Assembly (NCBI GenBank): GCA_943788915.1
Contig: CALSSD010000021.1
Coordinates: forward strand, 1-64,000
Origin: an uncultured Acidimicrobiales bacterium
GTDB taxonomy: Bacteria; Actinomycetota; Acidimicrobiia; Acidimicrobiales; UBA10347
Length of the DNA: 64,000 nt
Direction: 5' to 3'
Each line of letters opens with the position of its first letter. Positions within the stretch are counted from its first letter, which is position 1. The notes beneath the pieces were generated by a model. That model worked only from the letters and a program-made list of their open reading frames with translations. It did not search any database and was not told the DNA's origin. Positions 20,758 through 29,680 of the stretch are shown piece after piece. Made by a program: the position numbers and the translations under genes.

Positions 20758-21530
20758 CTATGCAGCGAGAGCCGCAGCGGCCGGCTCGAGACGCTTCAGC
20801 GCCCGAACTACTCGCCTACGGACAGCCTCGGCAGACATACCGAGCTCGTTGGCGAGTTCAGCGAAGGTGGCTGGTTCGGCGCCATCAAATCCAAAACGTC
20901 GAGCAACGAGGTAACGATTTGTATCGTCGAGCGAGGCCATGAGTTCGTGGGCGACGGTTCGGTCGTTGTCCGCGAGTAGCTGGTCGAGCGGACCAGCATC
21001 TACCGAAGCAACTCGATCACCCAAGCCAGGTCCTTCGCCCCCGACCTGCATGCCGAGCGATGCTATCGATGCCATGGCCATCGTGGCCCAAGCCGAGGTG
21101 TTAACGCCCTGACCTCGCCGTTCGCCTGATGTAACGCGGCGTAAAGCTCTTGCGCCCGCTGCGCTGGCATGCGGACAGAACCGGCAGTTTGTTCCAAACC
21201 CGTCTGGATTGCCTGGCGAATCCGCCACGAGGCGTAGGTAGAGAACCGGTAGCCCTGGCGCCAATCAAAACCCTCAACCGCCCGCTCAAGTCCGAGCATC
21301 GCATCCTGGATCATGTCCTCACGGTCCACATGATCTGGTGCCCGATGGGCACGGGCCATCTTCATGGCAAGCCGCAGGTTGGATTCGACCATGGTGCGTC
21401 GGGCAAGCCGCCCCTTCGCCACATGCCTAGCGTCGTCGGGAACCAGCTGGGCAGCTTCGATCTGTTGCGCCAGCGTGATCTCTTCGGTGGCGCTCAAAAT
21501 CTGGTGCCTACTGAATGCTTCGTACCCCAT
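20758..21530 (-). CDS. RpoD/SigA-like (non-ECF) sigma-70 factor; frameshift near 21090
   Basis: Region 1.2/2 (LSATEEITLA, MVESNLRL, DMIQDAMLGLERAVEGFDWRQGYRFSTYASWRIRQAI) in ORF 21063..21557. Region 4 (RRFGFDGAEPATFAELANELGMSAEAVRR) in ORF 20758..21264. Confidence 0.8.
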
Positions 21531-21540
21531 GAGCGCATCA

Positions 21541-21625
21541 TAATACCTACTTTTCAATATTACAATTATGTTGTGGGTTTAATATAAGCCCCATAGAGTC
21601 ACCTATATGTTGTGGATATTATTCA
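21541..21625. promoter_or_regulatory. AT-rich divergent promoter region between the sigma factor and mrpA, with direct repeat TATGTTGTGG
   Basis: Strikingly AT-rich stretch in a high-GC window. TATGTTGTGG at 21567-21576 and 21606-21615. Confidence 0.5.
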
Positions 21626-23886
21626 GCGTGCATGGTGCGGGGATCGGCGCCGCGGTAGCAGCCGGCCAACGTTCGATGCACGCCGCTCTTCGCACGGCGG
21701 CCATTGCCCCCGCCGCAACCGGCGTTTGGGCCATCTGGAGTGTCTTCACTAACGCAGAGCCCCGCGTATACGAAATCACTTGGGTAGAGGCGCTCGATCT
21801 CGTGATCCGCTTTCGCACCGACTCGCTCGCGCTGCTGATGACCGCCATCGTCTCGGGTATTGGCGCACTGGTCTTTGTTTACGCAACTGGCTACTTCTCT
21901 CCTGGCGCCACGGGTGGCAGCAGGTTTGCGGCATCGCTGCTCGCCTTCTCGACCTCGATGCTTGGGCTTGTGCTTGCTGACTCGGTCTGGACGCTCTTCA
22001 TCTTCTGGGAGTTGACCTCGGTCACCTCGTTCCTGCTTGTCGGTTTCAACAACACCAAGGTCGAGGTCCAGAACGCTGCCCGACGAGCGCTGATGATTAC
22101 TGGCGGCGGCGGTCTGGCATTACTCGCAGGGCTACTGCTGCTCGGCCGTAGCTCGGGCACCACAATCCTGACCGCCCTACAGCCAGCAGAGGGGACTGCC
22201 GGCATCCTGGCAGCGCTTCTGATCCTGACTGCGGTTGCGACCAAGTCAGCCCAGGTTCCCTTCCACGTCTGGTTACCTGGCGCAATGGCAGCACCTACAC
22301 CGGTGAGCGCCTATCTGCACTCGGCGACGATGGTTAAGGCGGGTGTCCTGCTGATGGCGGTCACGGGCAGCGCGTTCGCCGATGTCGACGCGTGGAAGAT
22401 CGTGGGCCTTGCGCTCGGAATCAGCACCATGTTGTGGGGTGGTATCGGGGCACTTCGCCATGTCGACGCGAAGCTCATTCTTGCCTGGGGAACCGTGTCG
22501 CAACTGGGCCTGCTCGTGACCCTGCTAGCACTCGGCAGCGGCAAGGCGATCTTCGCTGCGATGTCCATGTTGGTCGCCCACGCGCTCTTCAAGGCCACGC
22601 TGTTCCTCGTCGTCGGCGAAGTCGACATTCGCACCGGCGCCCGAGACATCAGGGAGCTGGGAAACCTCTACAAGACCATGCCGTTCGCCACCGGTGCCGC
22701 GGTCTTGGCAGGTCTCTCCATGGCTGGTGCCCCGCCCTTACTGGGGTTCACCACCAAGGAGGCAGCCATCGAGGCAACTCTTGGCATGGAAGGAATCGAG
22801 CAGGTCATTTCGGTCGCAGCGGTGAGCCTGGGCGCAGTACTCACTGTTGCTTACACAACTCGCTTTCTGTGGTGTGTCTTCGGTCCTGGACCCCACACCC
22901 TGGTAAGTGAGCGCCGACTGGCGATGACCATCCCCGCTTCATTCCTTGCGCTGACAGGCATTGCTGGCTTCGTTGCCCTTGGCCCTGTCAGCTCGGTCGT
23001 TCGTAGCGCAGCGGTTGAACTCAACGAGAAGTCAAAGACCTACGAGCTCCTTCGATGGCCGGGCATAACAACCGCGTTTCTGATTTCGATGGGTGTGCTC
23101 ATAGCGTGGTGTTGCCACGGCAACCTGCTCATCACCAGGTCGCAATCAGCGCGGACGGATGCAGCGGCACCCAACCCATTCGGAGCAAACAACGCTGACC
23201 AAGCGCTCGATGGCATCTTGGCGGTGTCGCGACGAGTCACCTCGTTCGTGCAGCATGGTTCGCTGCCTGTGTACGTCGCGGTCATGGCGCTCACCGCGTC
23301 GGTTGCCACCATTCCTTTCTTCACCGATCTGACCATCGATCATCTGACCTGGTGGGATCACCCTCTGCAGATGGTGTTTGCACTCGCTATCGCAGCAACC
23401 GCCTTGGTGGGAGCGTTTGTGAACTCACGGCTGGGCGCCGCACTCACACTCGGCGCAGTCGGCATCTCGGTCTGTGGCATTTTCGTCTCGTACGGAGCAC
23501 CCGACCTGGCCCTCACCCAGCTGCTCATTGAAACGATCGTCGTTGTTGGTTTTGTGACCGGGCTCGGCCACCTCAACCGAGAGTTCCCCAAAGTCGTGAA
23601 CACCTGGCGTTCTGTCCGGTTGGTGGTCTCAGGCCTTGGTGGTTGTGCCGTTGTCGTCGCGCTAATCAGCGCCACCGCATCACCATCCGGTACTGCTCCT
23701 CTTGAAGTTCTCGCAGAACAGGCCGTCGAGACCGGTGGCGGAAACAACGTCGTGAACGTCGTTCTGACCGACATGCGTGCGCTCGACACGCTTGGCGAAG
23801 TTGTCGTTCTGGCCGTCGTTGCGCTTGGAATTGCAGCGCTCGCAACACAACCGGAACAAGCTCCCGACGAAGAGGTCATGGCGTGA
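21607..23886 (+). CDS. mrpA: Na+/H+ antiporter subunit A
   Basis: LFIFWELTSVTSFLLVG, TKSAQVPFHVWLPGAMAAPTPVSAYLHSATMVKAG, APDLALTQLLIET, NVVNVVLTDMRALDTLGE. Confidence 0.95.
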   Translation: MLWILFSVHGAGIGAAVAAGQRSMHAALRTAAIAPAATGVWAIWSVFTNAEPRVYEITWVEALDLVIRFRTDSLALLMTAIVSGIGALVFVYATGYFSPGATGGSRFAASLLAFSTSMLGLVLADSVWTLFIFWELTSVTSFLLVGFNNTKVEVQNAARRALMITGGGGLALLAGLLLLGRSSGTTILTALQPAEGTAGILAALLILTAVATKSAQVPFHVWLPGAMAAPTPVSAYLHSATMVKAGVLLMAVTGSAFADVDAWKIVGLALGISTMLWGGIGALRHVDAKLILAWGTVSQLGLLVTLLALGSGKAIFAAMSMLVAHALFKATLFLVVGEVDIRTGARDIRELGNLYKTMPFATGAAVLAGLSMAGAPPLLGFTTKEAAIEATLGMEGIEQVISVAAVSLGAVLTVAYTTRFLWCVFGPGPHTLVSERRLAMTIPASFLALTGIAGFVALGPVSSVVRSAAVELNEKSKTYELLRWPGITTAFLISMGVLIAWCCHGNLLITRSQSARTDAAAPNPFGANNADQALDGILAVSRRVTSFVQHGSLPVYVAVMALTASVATIPFFTDLTIDHLTWWDHPLQMVFALAIAATALVGAFVNSRLGAALTLGAVGISVCGIFVSYGAPDLALTQLLIETIVVVGFVTGLGHLNREFPKVVNTWRSVRLVVSGLGGCAVVVALISATASPSGTAPLEVLAEQAVETGGGNNVVNVVLTDMRALDTLGEVVVLAVVALGIAALATQPEQAPDEEVMA

Positions 23887-24355
23887 TTGCAACCCGCTCC
23901 CCATCGCTCGACTCGGTATTCGTGCTGCGAGCCCGCTCGCCATCATGACTGGCGTGTATCTCTTGTTCGCAGGCCACAACCAACCCGGCGGTGGTTTCTC
24001 GGCCGGTCTGGTGTTTGGCGCAGTGATTGCCTTGCGCACCGTCACCGGCCTCCAGACTCCACGCCACGCCAGCACGCTGATCTCCATCGGCATGATCATC
24101 ATTTGCACCACCGCGGCGGCACCGCTGTTGGTCGGTAACGAACTACTTGACCAACAAATCGTCTCAACCGAACTGCCATTGCTGGGCAAGGTCAAAACTG
24201 GCTCGGCGTTGCCGTTTGATGTTGGTGTAACCGCCGTGGTCGTCGGGCTGATTGTTGCCCTCCTCCACGGACTTGGCGCAGCCAACCTGGCCAAACCCGC
24301 CCAGCCTGCCTCTCACCGCACGAGCAGTACCAACGACGCTGGAGCCGAGGTCTGA
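23883..24355 (+). CDS. mrpB: Na+/H+ antiporter subunit B; one C missing near 23900
   Basis: GTG overlaps the mrpA stop. Adding one C to the C-run 23899-23902 gives MIATRSPIARLGIRAA. GHNQPGGGFSAGL, PFDVGV. Confidence 0.85.
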
Positions 24356-24356
24356 C

Positions 24357-24719
24357 ATGAGTATCGCTCTCCTTCTTGCCATTGGATGCCTGACCTCGGT
24401 GGGCATCTATCTCATCACCGCACGGTCACTCAGCCGTATCCTTCTCGGCTTCGCGCTGCTCGGACACGCGGCGGTGCTCGCCTTGCTCGGTGCTGGCGGC
24501 CCCGCTGGCAAACCGCCACTTGCCAACCTCACCACACCAGCTGAATCAGCAAACCCTGTGCCGCAGGCACTTGCCCTGACCGCAATCGTGATCGGTTTTG
24601 GCCTCACGTTGTTCCTGCTCGCCCTCGCCCGCCGTCAACAGATCTTCACCGGTGATGACCTGGTCGAAGACGACTTGGAAGACCAGCGAGTGGCAACCGA
24701 CTCGAACACCGCACCATGA
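24357..24719 (+). CDS. mrpC: Na+/H+ antiporter subunit C
   Basis: RSLSRILLGFALLGH, NPVPQALALTAIVIGFG. Confidence 0.93.
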   Translation: MSIALLLAIGCLTSVGIYLITARSLSRILLGFALLGHAAVLALLGAGGPAGKPPLANLTTPAESANPVPQALALTAIVIGFGLTLFLLALARRQQIFTGDDLVEDDLEDQRVATDSNTAP

Positions 24720-26215
24720 CTGCGCTCGTCACGACAACGATCATTGGGCCTCTCGTGGCTGCGGCACTTGCGCTCGTGCTCCGCAGCCGGCCGCAACTGC
24801 GCGACGTAATCACGCTGCTTGGCCTCGCCGCAGCCACGGCCAGCGCGTTCGGCATCCTCTATCGGGTCGCCAATTCTGGCTCCGTCGCGATTCGGGTTGG
24901 CGAATGGCCACGAGAGCTCGGCATCGTTCTGGTCGCAGATCTCTTCGCTGCGCTTGTTCTGCCGATCGCTCTATCGATCATTCTGGTGGTCGAGTTGTTC
25001 GCCATTGGTCAACGCCGCACTGCATGGGGCGCCAACCCTGAGCTTGCGGGGCCGCTGCTTTTGGTCCTGACCTCGGGTGTCTCTTTGGCCATCCTCACCG
25101 GCGACCTCTTTACCTTGTTCGTTGCATTCGAACTGATCCTGGTCTCGAGTTATGTGCTGCTGACTCACCAAGGCCGTCGTGGTCAAGTCCGCTCAGGCAT
25201 GACCTATGTCGTCATGAACCTGTTCGCTTCGACGCTGTTCCTCTTTGGACTCGCACTCATCTACGGTGCCACCGGCACCGTCAATCTTGGACTGTTGGCA
25301 GAACGTATCCCGCAACTCTCCGACGGCGCTCGGTTAGGTATCGGTGCATGGTTCTTCGTCGTGTTCGGCACCAAAGCTGCGATGTTCCCGCTGTTCTCCT
25401 GGCTTCCTGACTCCTACCCAACAGCACCAACCACGATCACTGCGGTGTTCGCCGGGCTTCTCACCAAAATCGGCATCTATGCCCTGATCCGGTTCCACAC
25501 GCTCACCGGCATGGATGAACTGGGTTCCATCATGCTGATCGTTGCTGGTGTGACCATGATCATCGGAGCCTTTGGCGCACTCGCCCAAACCGACGTGAAG
25601 CGCATCTTGTCATTCCATGTGATTAGCCAGATCGGCTACATGCTCATGGGGCTCGGACTCTTCAGCGCTGCGGGAACTGCTGGAGCGATCCTGTTTCTCA
25701 TCCACCACATGCCGGTCAAGACAGTGCTCTTCTTGGTCGGCGGTTTGATCGAGAACCATCAAGGAACAAGCCGGCTTGATCGATCGGGTGGACTCGCAAC
25801 CAAGCGACCGATCATCGCGGTGTTGTTTGCCATTCCGGCCCTAAGCCTGGCTGGGCTGCCGCCATTCTCGGGCTTCGTTGCCAAGCTTGGTGTTATCTCG
25901 GCTGGCATCGAGGCAGACCAGTACGTCGTCGTGATCGTCGCCCTGGTGGCTGGGGCCCTCACCTTGTTGTCGATGACCAAGATCTGGATCGGCGTCTTCT
26001 GGGGTAAAACCACCGAAGCCTCAGCCATGCCCTCGGCACGCCCTACGTCAAAGGCCAACCGCAGTCTGATGACCGGTGCAACATGCATCGCTGTGGCTGG
26101 CACGCTCACCATTTCGGTTCTAGCTGGTGGGCTCTACGAGCTCTCCGAACGAGCCGCCAACGACCTTCGCGATCAAACCTCCTACATCGCTCTCACCGAA
26201 GGGCCAGACCAATGA
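24716..26215 (+). CDS. mrpD: Na+/H+ antiporter subunit D
   Basis: TGDLFTLFVAFELILVSSYVL, KAAMFPLFSWLPDSY, LLTKIGIYALIR, LAGLPPFSGFVAK. Confidence 0.95.
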   Translation: MTALVTTTIIGPLVAAALALVLRSRPQLRDVITLLGLAAATASAFGILYRVANSGSVAIRVGEWPRELGIVLVADLFAALVLPIALSIILVVELFAIGQRRTAWGANPELAGPLLLVLTSGVSLAILTGDLFTLFVAFELILVSSYVLLTHQGRRGQVRSGMTYVVMNLFASTLFLFGLALIYGATGTVNLGLLAERIPQLSDGARLGIGAWFFVVFGTKAAMFPLFSWLPDSYPTAPTTITAVFAGLLTKIGIYALIRFHTLTGMDELGSIMLIVAGVTMIIGAFGALAQTDVKRILSFHVISQIGYMLMGLGLFSAAGTAGAILFLIHHMPVKTVLFLVGGLIENHQGTSRLDRSGGLATKRPIIAVLFAIPALSLAGLPPFSGFVAKLGVISAGIEADQYVVVIVALVAGALTLLSMTKIWIGVFWGKTTEASAMPSARPTSKANRSLMTGATCIAVAGTLTISVLAGGLYELSERAANDLRDQTSYIALTEGPDQ

Positions 26216-26766
26216 AACCAAACACGAGGACAAGGAGGCCGTTCGGTGTCCGTCGGCTTCTCACCGGCCGAGGAATCACTATGGTTGCTGCGCTCACGGC
26301 CGCGTGGTGTGCGTTGTGGCAGGAGGTCTCGATCGCGAACCTTCTCGCTGGTGCTGGCCTCGCTGCGGTTGTACTCGCTACCGGTGTGGGAACACCAACG
26401 AGCGGCGCACTACGGGCCGTCCCACTGGCCAAGTTGTTGTGGGTTGTGTTTATCGACTTGGTGACCTCCACCATTGACGTCGCCAAGGAGATCCTGACTG
26501 CAACCGACTACACCCACGAAGCAATCATCGCTGTGGAAATCCCCGCCGAAGGGCGGCACCATTTTCTGCTCCTGATCATTGCGGTGACCCTCACACCGGG
26601 AACCGCTGTGGTCGATGCAGATCCTGATACCGGCACTCTCTACCTGCACCTGCTGCACGCTGAGCGCCGCAATGAGGTTGCCGAACATGTCCGCCAGTTG
26701 ACTGACTTGGCGTGCCAAGCATTGCCCTTGTCGACGACAACCCCACGTTTGCAGACCACATCATGA
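26212..26766 (+). CDS. mrpE: Na+/H+ antiporter subunit E
   Basis: ATGA overlap. WCALW, VTLTPGT, LYLHLL. Confidence 0.9.
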   Translation: MKPNTRTRRPFGVRRLLTGRGITMVAALTAAWCALWQEVSIANLLAGAGLAAVVLATGVGTPTSGALRAVPLAKLLWVVFIDLVTSTIDVAKEILTATDYTHEAIIAVEIPAEGRHHFLLLIIAVTLTPGTAVVDADPDTGTLYLHLLHAERRNEVAEHVRQLTDLACQALPLSTTTPRLQTTS

Positions 26767-27050
26767 CTTCTGTTGCTATCGCTCTCTTCGTCCTTGCTGC
26801 ACTGATCGCAACCGTTCGCCTTCTCATCGGCCCTGGCTTAGCGGAGCGAATCATTGCCCTCGACGTCACCCTGATCAGCTTTATGGGTGCCATCGCAGCT
26901 CACGCAGCCCAGACAAAGAGCACGACCTACCTCATCACACTTGTCGTCCTCGCAATTATTGGCTTCACCGCAACGGTCTCAGCAGCGCGCTTCCTGCAGC
27001 ATGGCCACACAACCTCTGGGTCGGCCCAGTCCGAAAGGCCATCCTCGTGA
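26763..27050 (+). CDS. mrpF: Na+/H+ antiporter subunit F
   Basis: RLLIGPGLAERIIALD, IIGFTATVSAARF. Confidence 0.9.
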   Translation: MTSVAIALFVLAALIATVRLLIGPGLAERIIALDVTLISFMGAIAAHAAQTKSTTYLITLVVLAIIGFTATVSAARFLQHGHTTSGSAQSERPSS

Positions 27051-27400
27051 ACTCGGTCATCGACACCGTCGCTGGAATCATCATGATTCTTGGTGGGCTT
27101 ATCGCCGTGCTTGCCGCAGTGGGTCTCCACAAGTTCTCCACGCCCTATGCCCGCTTTCATGCAGCGGGTAAGGCCAGTCCAGTCGCGTTTCTTGTCGCCG
27201 CAGTAGGCGCAGGCCTTTCGTTAGGTGCGGCAGGGACGGCACTGCTTACCGTTGCTTCTGTAGCGATGATTCTGACCTTGCCAGTTGGCGTACACCTCAT
27301 GTTTCGGGCGGTCCATCGCACCACCCCGCCGACTATGGCAATCGACGAGCTCAGACCGGCCGAGCTCCTGGCCGAGCGCCAAGCCGATACACCCGGTTAG
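27047..27400 (+). CDS. mrpG: Na+/H+ antiporter subunit G
   Basis: AAVGLHKF..PYARFHAAGK, LTLPVGVH. Confidence 0.9.
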   Translation: MNSVIDTVAGIIMILGGLIAVLAAVGLHKFSTPYARFHAAGKASPVAFLVAAVGAGLSLGAAGTALLTVASVAMILTLPVGVHLMFRAVHRTTPPTMAIDELRPAELLAERQADTPG

Positions 27401-28398
27401 CAGTCGCCCAGAACAGATCGTGTTGTTCGGCTGGGGTATACCGCTCGGCGAGGATTTCGAACGCGTTCCACACCACGGTGTACGGGAGTGTCTGTCGATC
27501 CACGGGAAAGTTTGACTCAAACATGCACCGCGGGGGCCCAAAGGTATCGATCGCGAAGTGCACCATGTCATTCCAATAGGCAGCCACCTCGTCTGACGAT
27601 GGGGGTCTCGGTTGATCCGCCCACGGCGTGCCGAAGTAGTGCTCCATGCCAAGCCCGCCGACCTTGAGGGCCGCGTTCGGACAGGCCGCAACCGCTTCGA
27701 TGCCGCGACGCCACGCCGCTAGCCATCTCGGCTCGGCTGCGAGGCGTGCGGCCCAATACCAAGGGGACCACCGAGGTGGTCGAGCACGATCTGACACTGC
27801 GGGATCGCCATCCGCCAGCTCCGCTAGCTCCTGCATCTGGTCGAAATACAACCACGCATCGAAGGTGTAGCCAGCGTCCCCGAGCGTGCGCCACGCCGGC
27901 CCGGAAGTCGGGGTTGGCGAGCAGGTGGGGCCCGGGTTGGTGATGGCCGTTCTTCACGTCGGCGTGGGGGCTCCAATTTGTGCCATGGCGCACGCCTCGA
28001 AACAAGCCCGCACCACGAGCATCGTGTTCCGCGAGAACTTCGCCAACCCGCTCACCCATGGTCAGGTCGACATGTCCGACGATGCCAGCGATCTCGGGCC
28101 CTCCCAGCCGAAGTGACTCGGCTGCCTGCTCAGCCACGAAACGGGTCTCGCCGACCGGCGCCATTGTGTCGTCGGCTACCGGGCCACAGATCACCGGGTC
28201 ATAGGCAGCGCTGCACTCGACGAACACCGTGTGGGTCACGTTGTGCGACGACCGAGCATCGGTACGAAGCTCCTGTGCCAGGTACCTACTGTCGTCGCGG
28301 TCCCACAAATGATGATGAGGATCGATAATCGGCCGGTCAGGATCGATCGCCGATTCGACTCGGCCCGCTAGCCATTCGTGCCGGTCGTAGATCGCCAT
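27351..28398 (-). CDS. Amidohydrolase_2 family lactonase (LigI/L-fuconolactonase-like); four single-base insertions
   Basis: IIDPHHHLW, TVFVEC, FRGVRH. Corrected middle TLGDAGYTFDAWLYFDQ...IPQCQIVLDHLGGPLGIGP. C-terminal LKVGGLGM, FESNFPVD. Indels near 27890, 27812, 27738 and 27724. Confidence 0.8.
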
Positions 28399-28454
28399 GT
28401 GACTGAGACTAGTTCGATGAGCTTGCGCACCGGAACGCCAAGTAGGTTCGCGCC

Positions 28455-28778
28455 ATGGCCATTTATGAAAAGCGCACCTACGACGTCATCGTTGGGCAGA
28501 TGCCCGAAGTCATCCGACTGTATGCAGAAGAGGGGTGGCCAGCGCTCGCCAGTGGCGGTTATAGCGACAACCTGGTTGGCTACTTCACGTCGGACACCGG
28601 TCGGCTCCACCAACTCGTCCATATGTGGAAGTTCGATGACGACGCCGACCGACGAGCGTTCTGGACTCGCCTGTTCGCCGACGAGGACTTTATGAAGTTT
28701 GCCGTGCAGCTGCGACCCCACATTGGCTCCCAAGAAATTCAGCTGTTAAACCCGGCTCCTTGGGGACCTCAGCCCTAG
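28455..28778 (+). CDS. NIPSNAP family protein
   Basis: IYEKRTY, GYFTSDTGRLHQLVHMW, RRAFW, LLNPAPW. Confidence 0.88.
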   Translation: MAIYEKRTYDVIVGQMPEVIRLYAEEGWPALASGGYSDNLVGYFTSDTGRLHQLVHMWKFDDDADRRAFWTRLFADEDFMKFAVQLRPHIGSQEIQLLNPAPWGPQP

Positions 28779-28788
28779 GGCCTCACTC

Positions 28789-29679
28789 ATGAGCTCCAAA
28801 GCCGTCCTGGCAGTTGTTGTCTTGGTTGCCGTACTGATCGGCGGCAACTTCACCGCGCTCAAATTCGCGCTCGATCACTCCACTCCATTGCTCATCGCTG
28901 GCATGCGCACGGTGATCGGCGGCACGTTCCTGCTCGGTTTTGCCTTCCTCCGTGGTGAGCGCTTTCCGACCAGCCGTCGTGACCTCTTCAATATCTTCAT
29001 GGTCTCACTCAGCATCACCACCGTATCGAGCGGCCTGTTGGTCTTCGGTGTGAGCCGGGTGACTGCAGGCGTTGCCTCCCTGGTAGCGAGCACCATGCCC
29101 ATGTTCACCGCAGTGCTTGCCCTAGTACTGATGAAGACTCAGATCTCCCGGCTGGCTGGACTTGGTCTCGCCGTCGGCTTCGCTGGCACGCTAGTCCTCG
29201 CATCGCCATCACTGGGCGGAGGCTCGGGGACGATCGGCATTGTCAGCCTGATCGTCTCGGCTATCGCCTGGGCGTTTGGCAACGTCTACATGAAGTGGCA
29301 AGACATGACGAACGTCAGTCCAATCATGTTGGTCGGGGTCCAGCTGTATATGTCCGCGATGTGCCTGATTCCGTTCGCGCTGGTAGTCGAAGGCACGTCG
29401 GATACCGAATGGACGATAGGCCTCTTCGCGCCGTTGCTCTATGCCGCAATACCAGCAAATGCGGTCACGTTCGCCCTGCTCGCGACCGTTGTCCGCAAGG
29501 CAACACCAACCCAAGCGGCATCAACTGCCTATCTCATTCCGCTCTTTGGTGTGTTCTTCGGCTGGTTGATTCGAGACGAACGACTGGGCATCGTCGAACT
29601 GATGGGCGGCGTTCTCATCATCATGGGTGTCTACGTGCTTGTCACCGCGAATACCCGCCAGGCAGCCGAGGTTCGCTGA
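28789..29679 (+). CDS. DMT/EamA family transporter
   Basis: About ten hydrophobic segments; PLLIAGMR, YLIPLFGVFFGWLIRDERL. Confidence 0.88.
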   Translation: MSSKAVLAVVVLVAVLIGGNFTALKFALDHSTPLLIAGMRTVIGGTFLLGFAFLRGERFPTSRRDLFNIFMVSLSITTVSSGLLVFGVSRVTAGVASLVASTMPMFTAVLALVLMKTQISRLAGLGLAVGFAGTLVLASPSLGGGSGTIGIVSLIVSAIAWAFGNVYMKWQDMTNVSPIMLVGVQLYMSAMCLIPFALVVEGTSDTEWTIGLFAPLLYAAIPANAVTFALLATVVRKATPTQAASTAYLIPLFGVFFGWLIRDERLGIVELMGGVLIIMGVYVLVTANTRQAAEVR

Positions 29680-29680
29680 G

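Noticed and set aside
21561..21615. Tandem NrdR boxes
   Set aside because: Only the second copy matches well, it coincides with ATG-TTG-TGG of mrpA, and no nucleotide-reduction gene is adjacent; kept only as an unassigned repeat.
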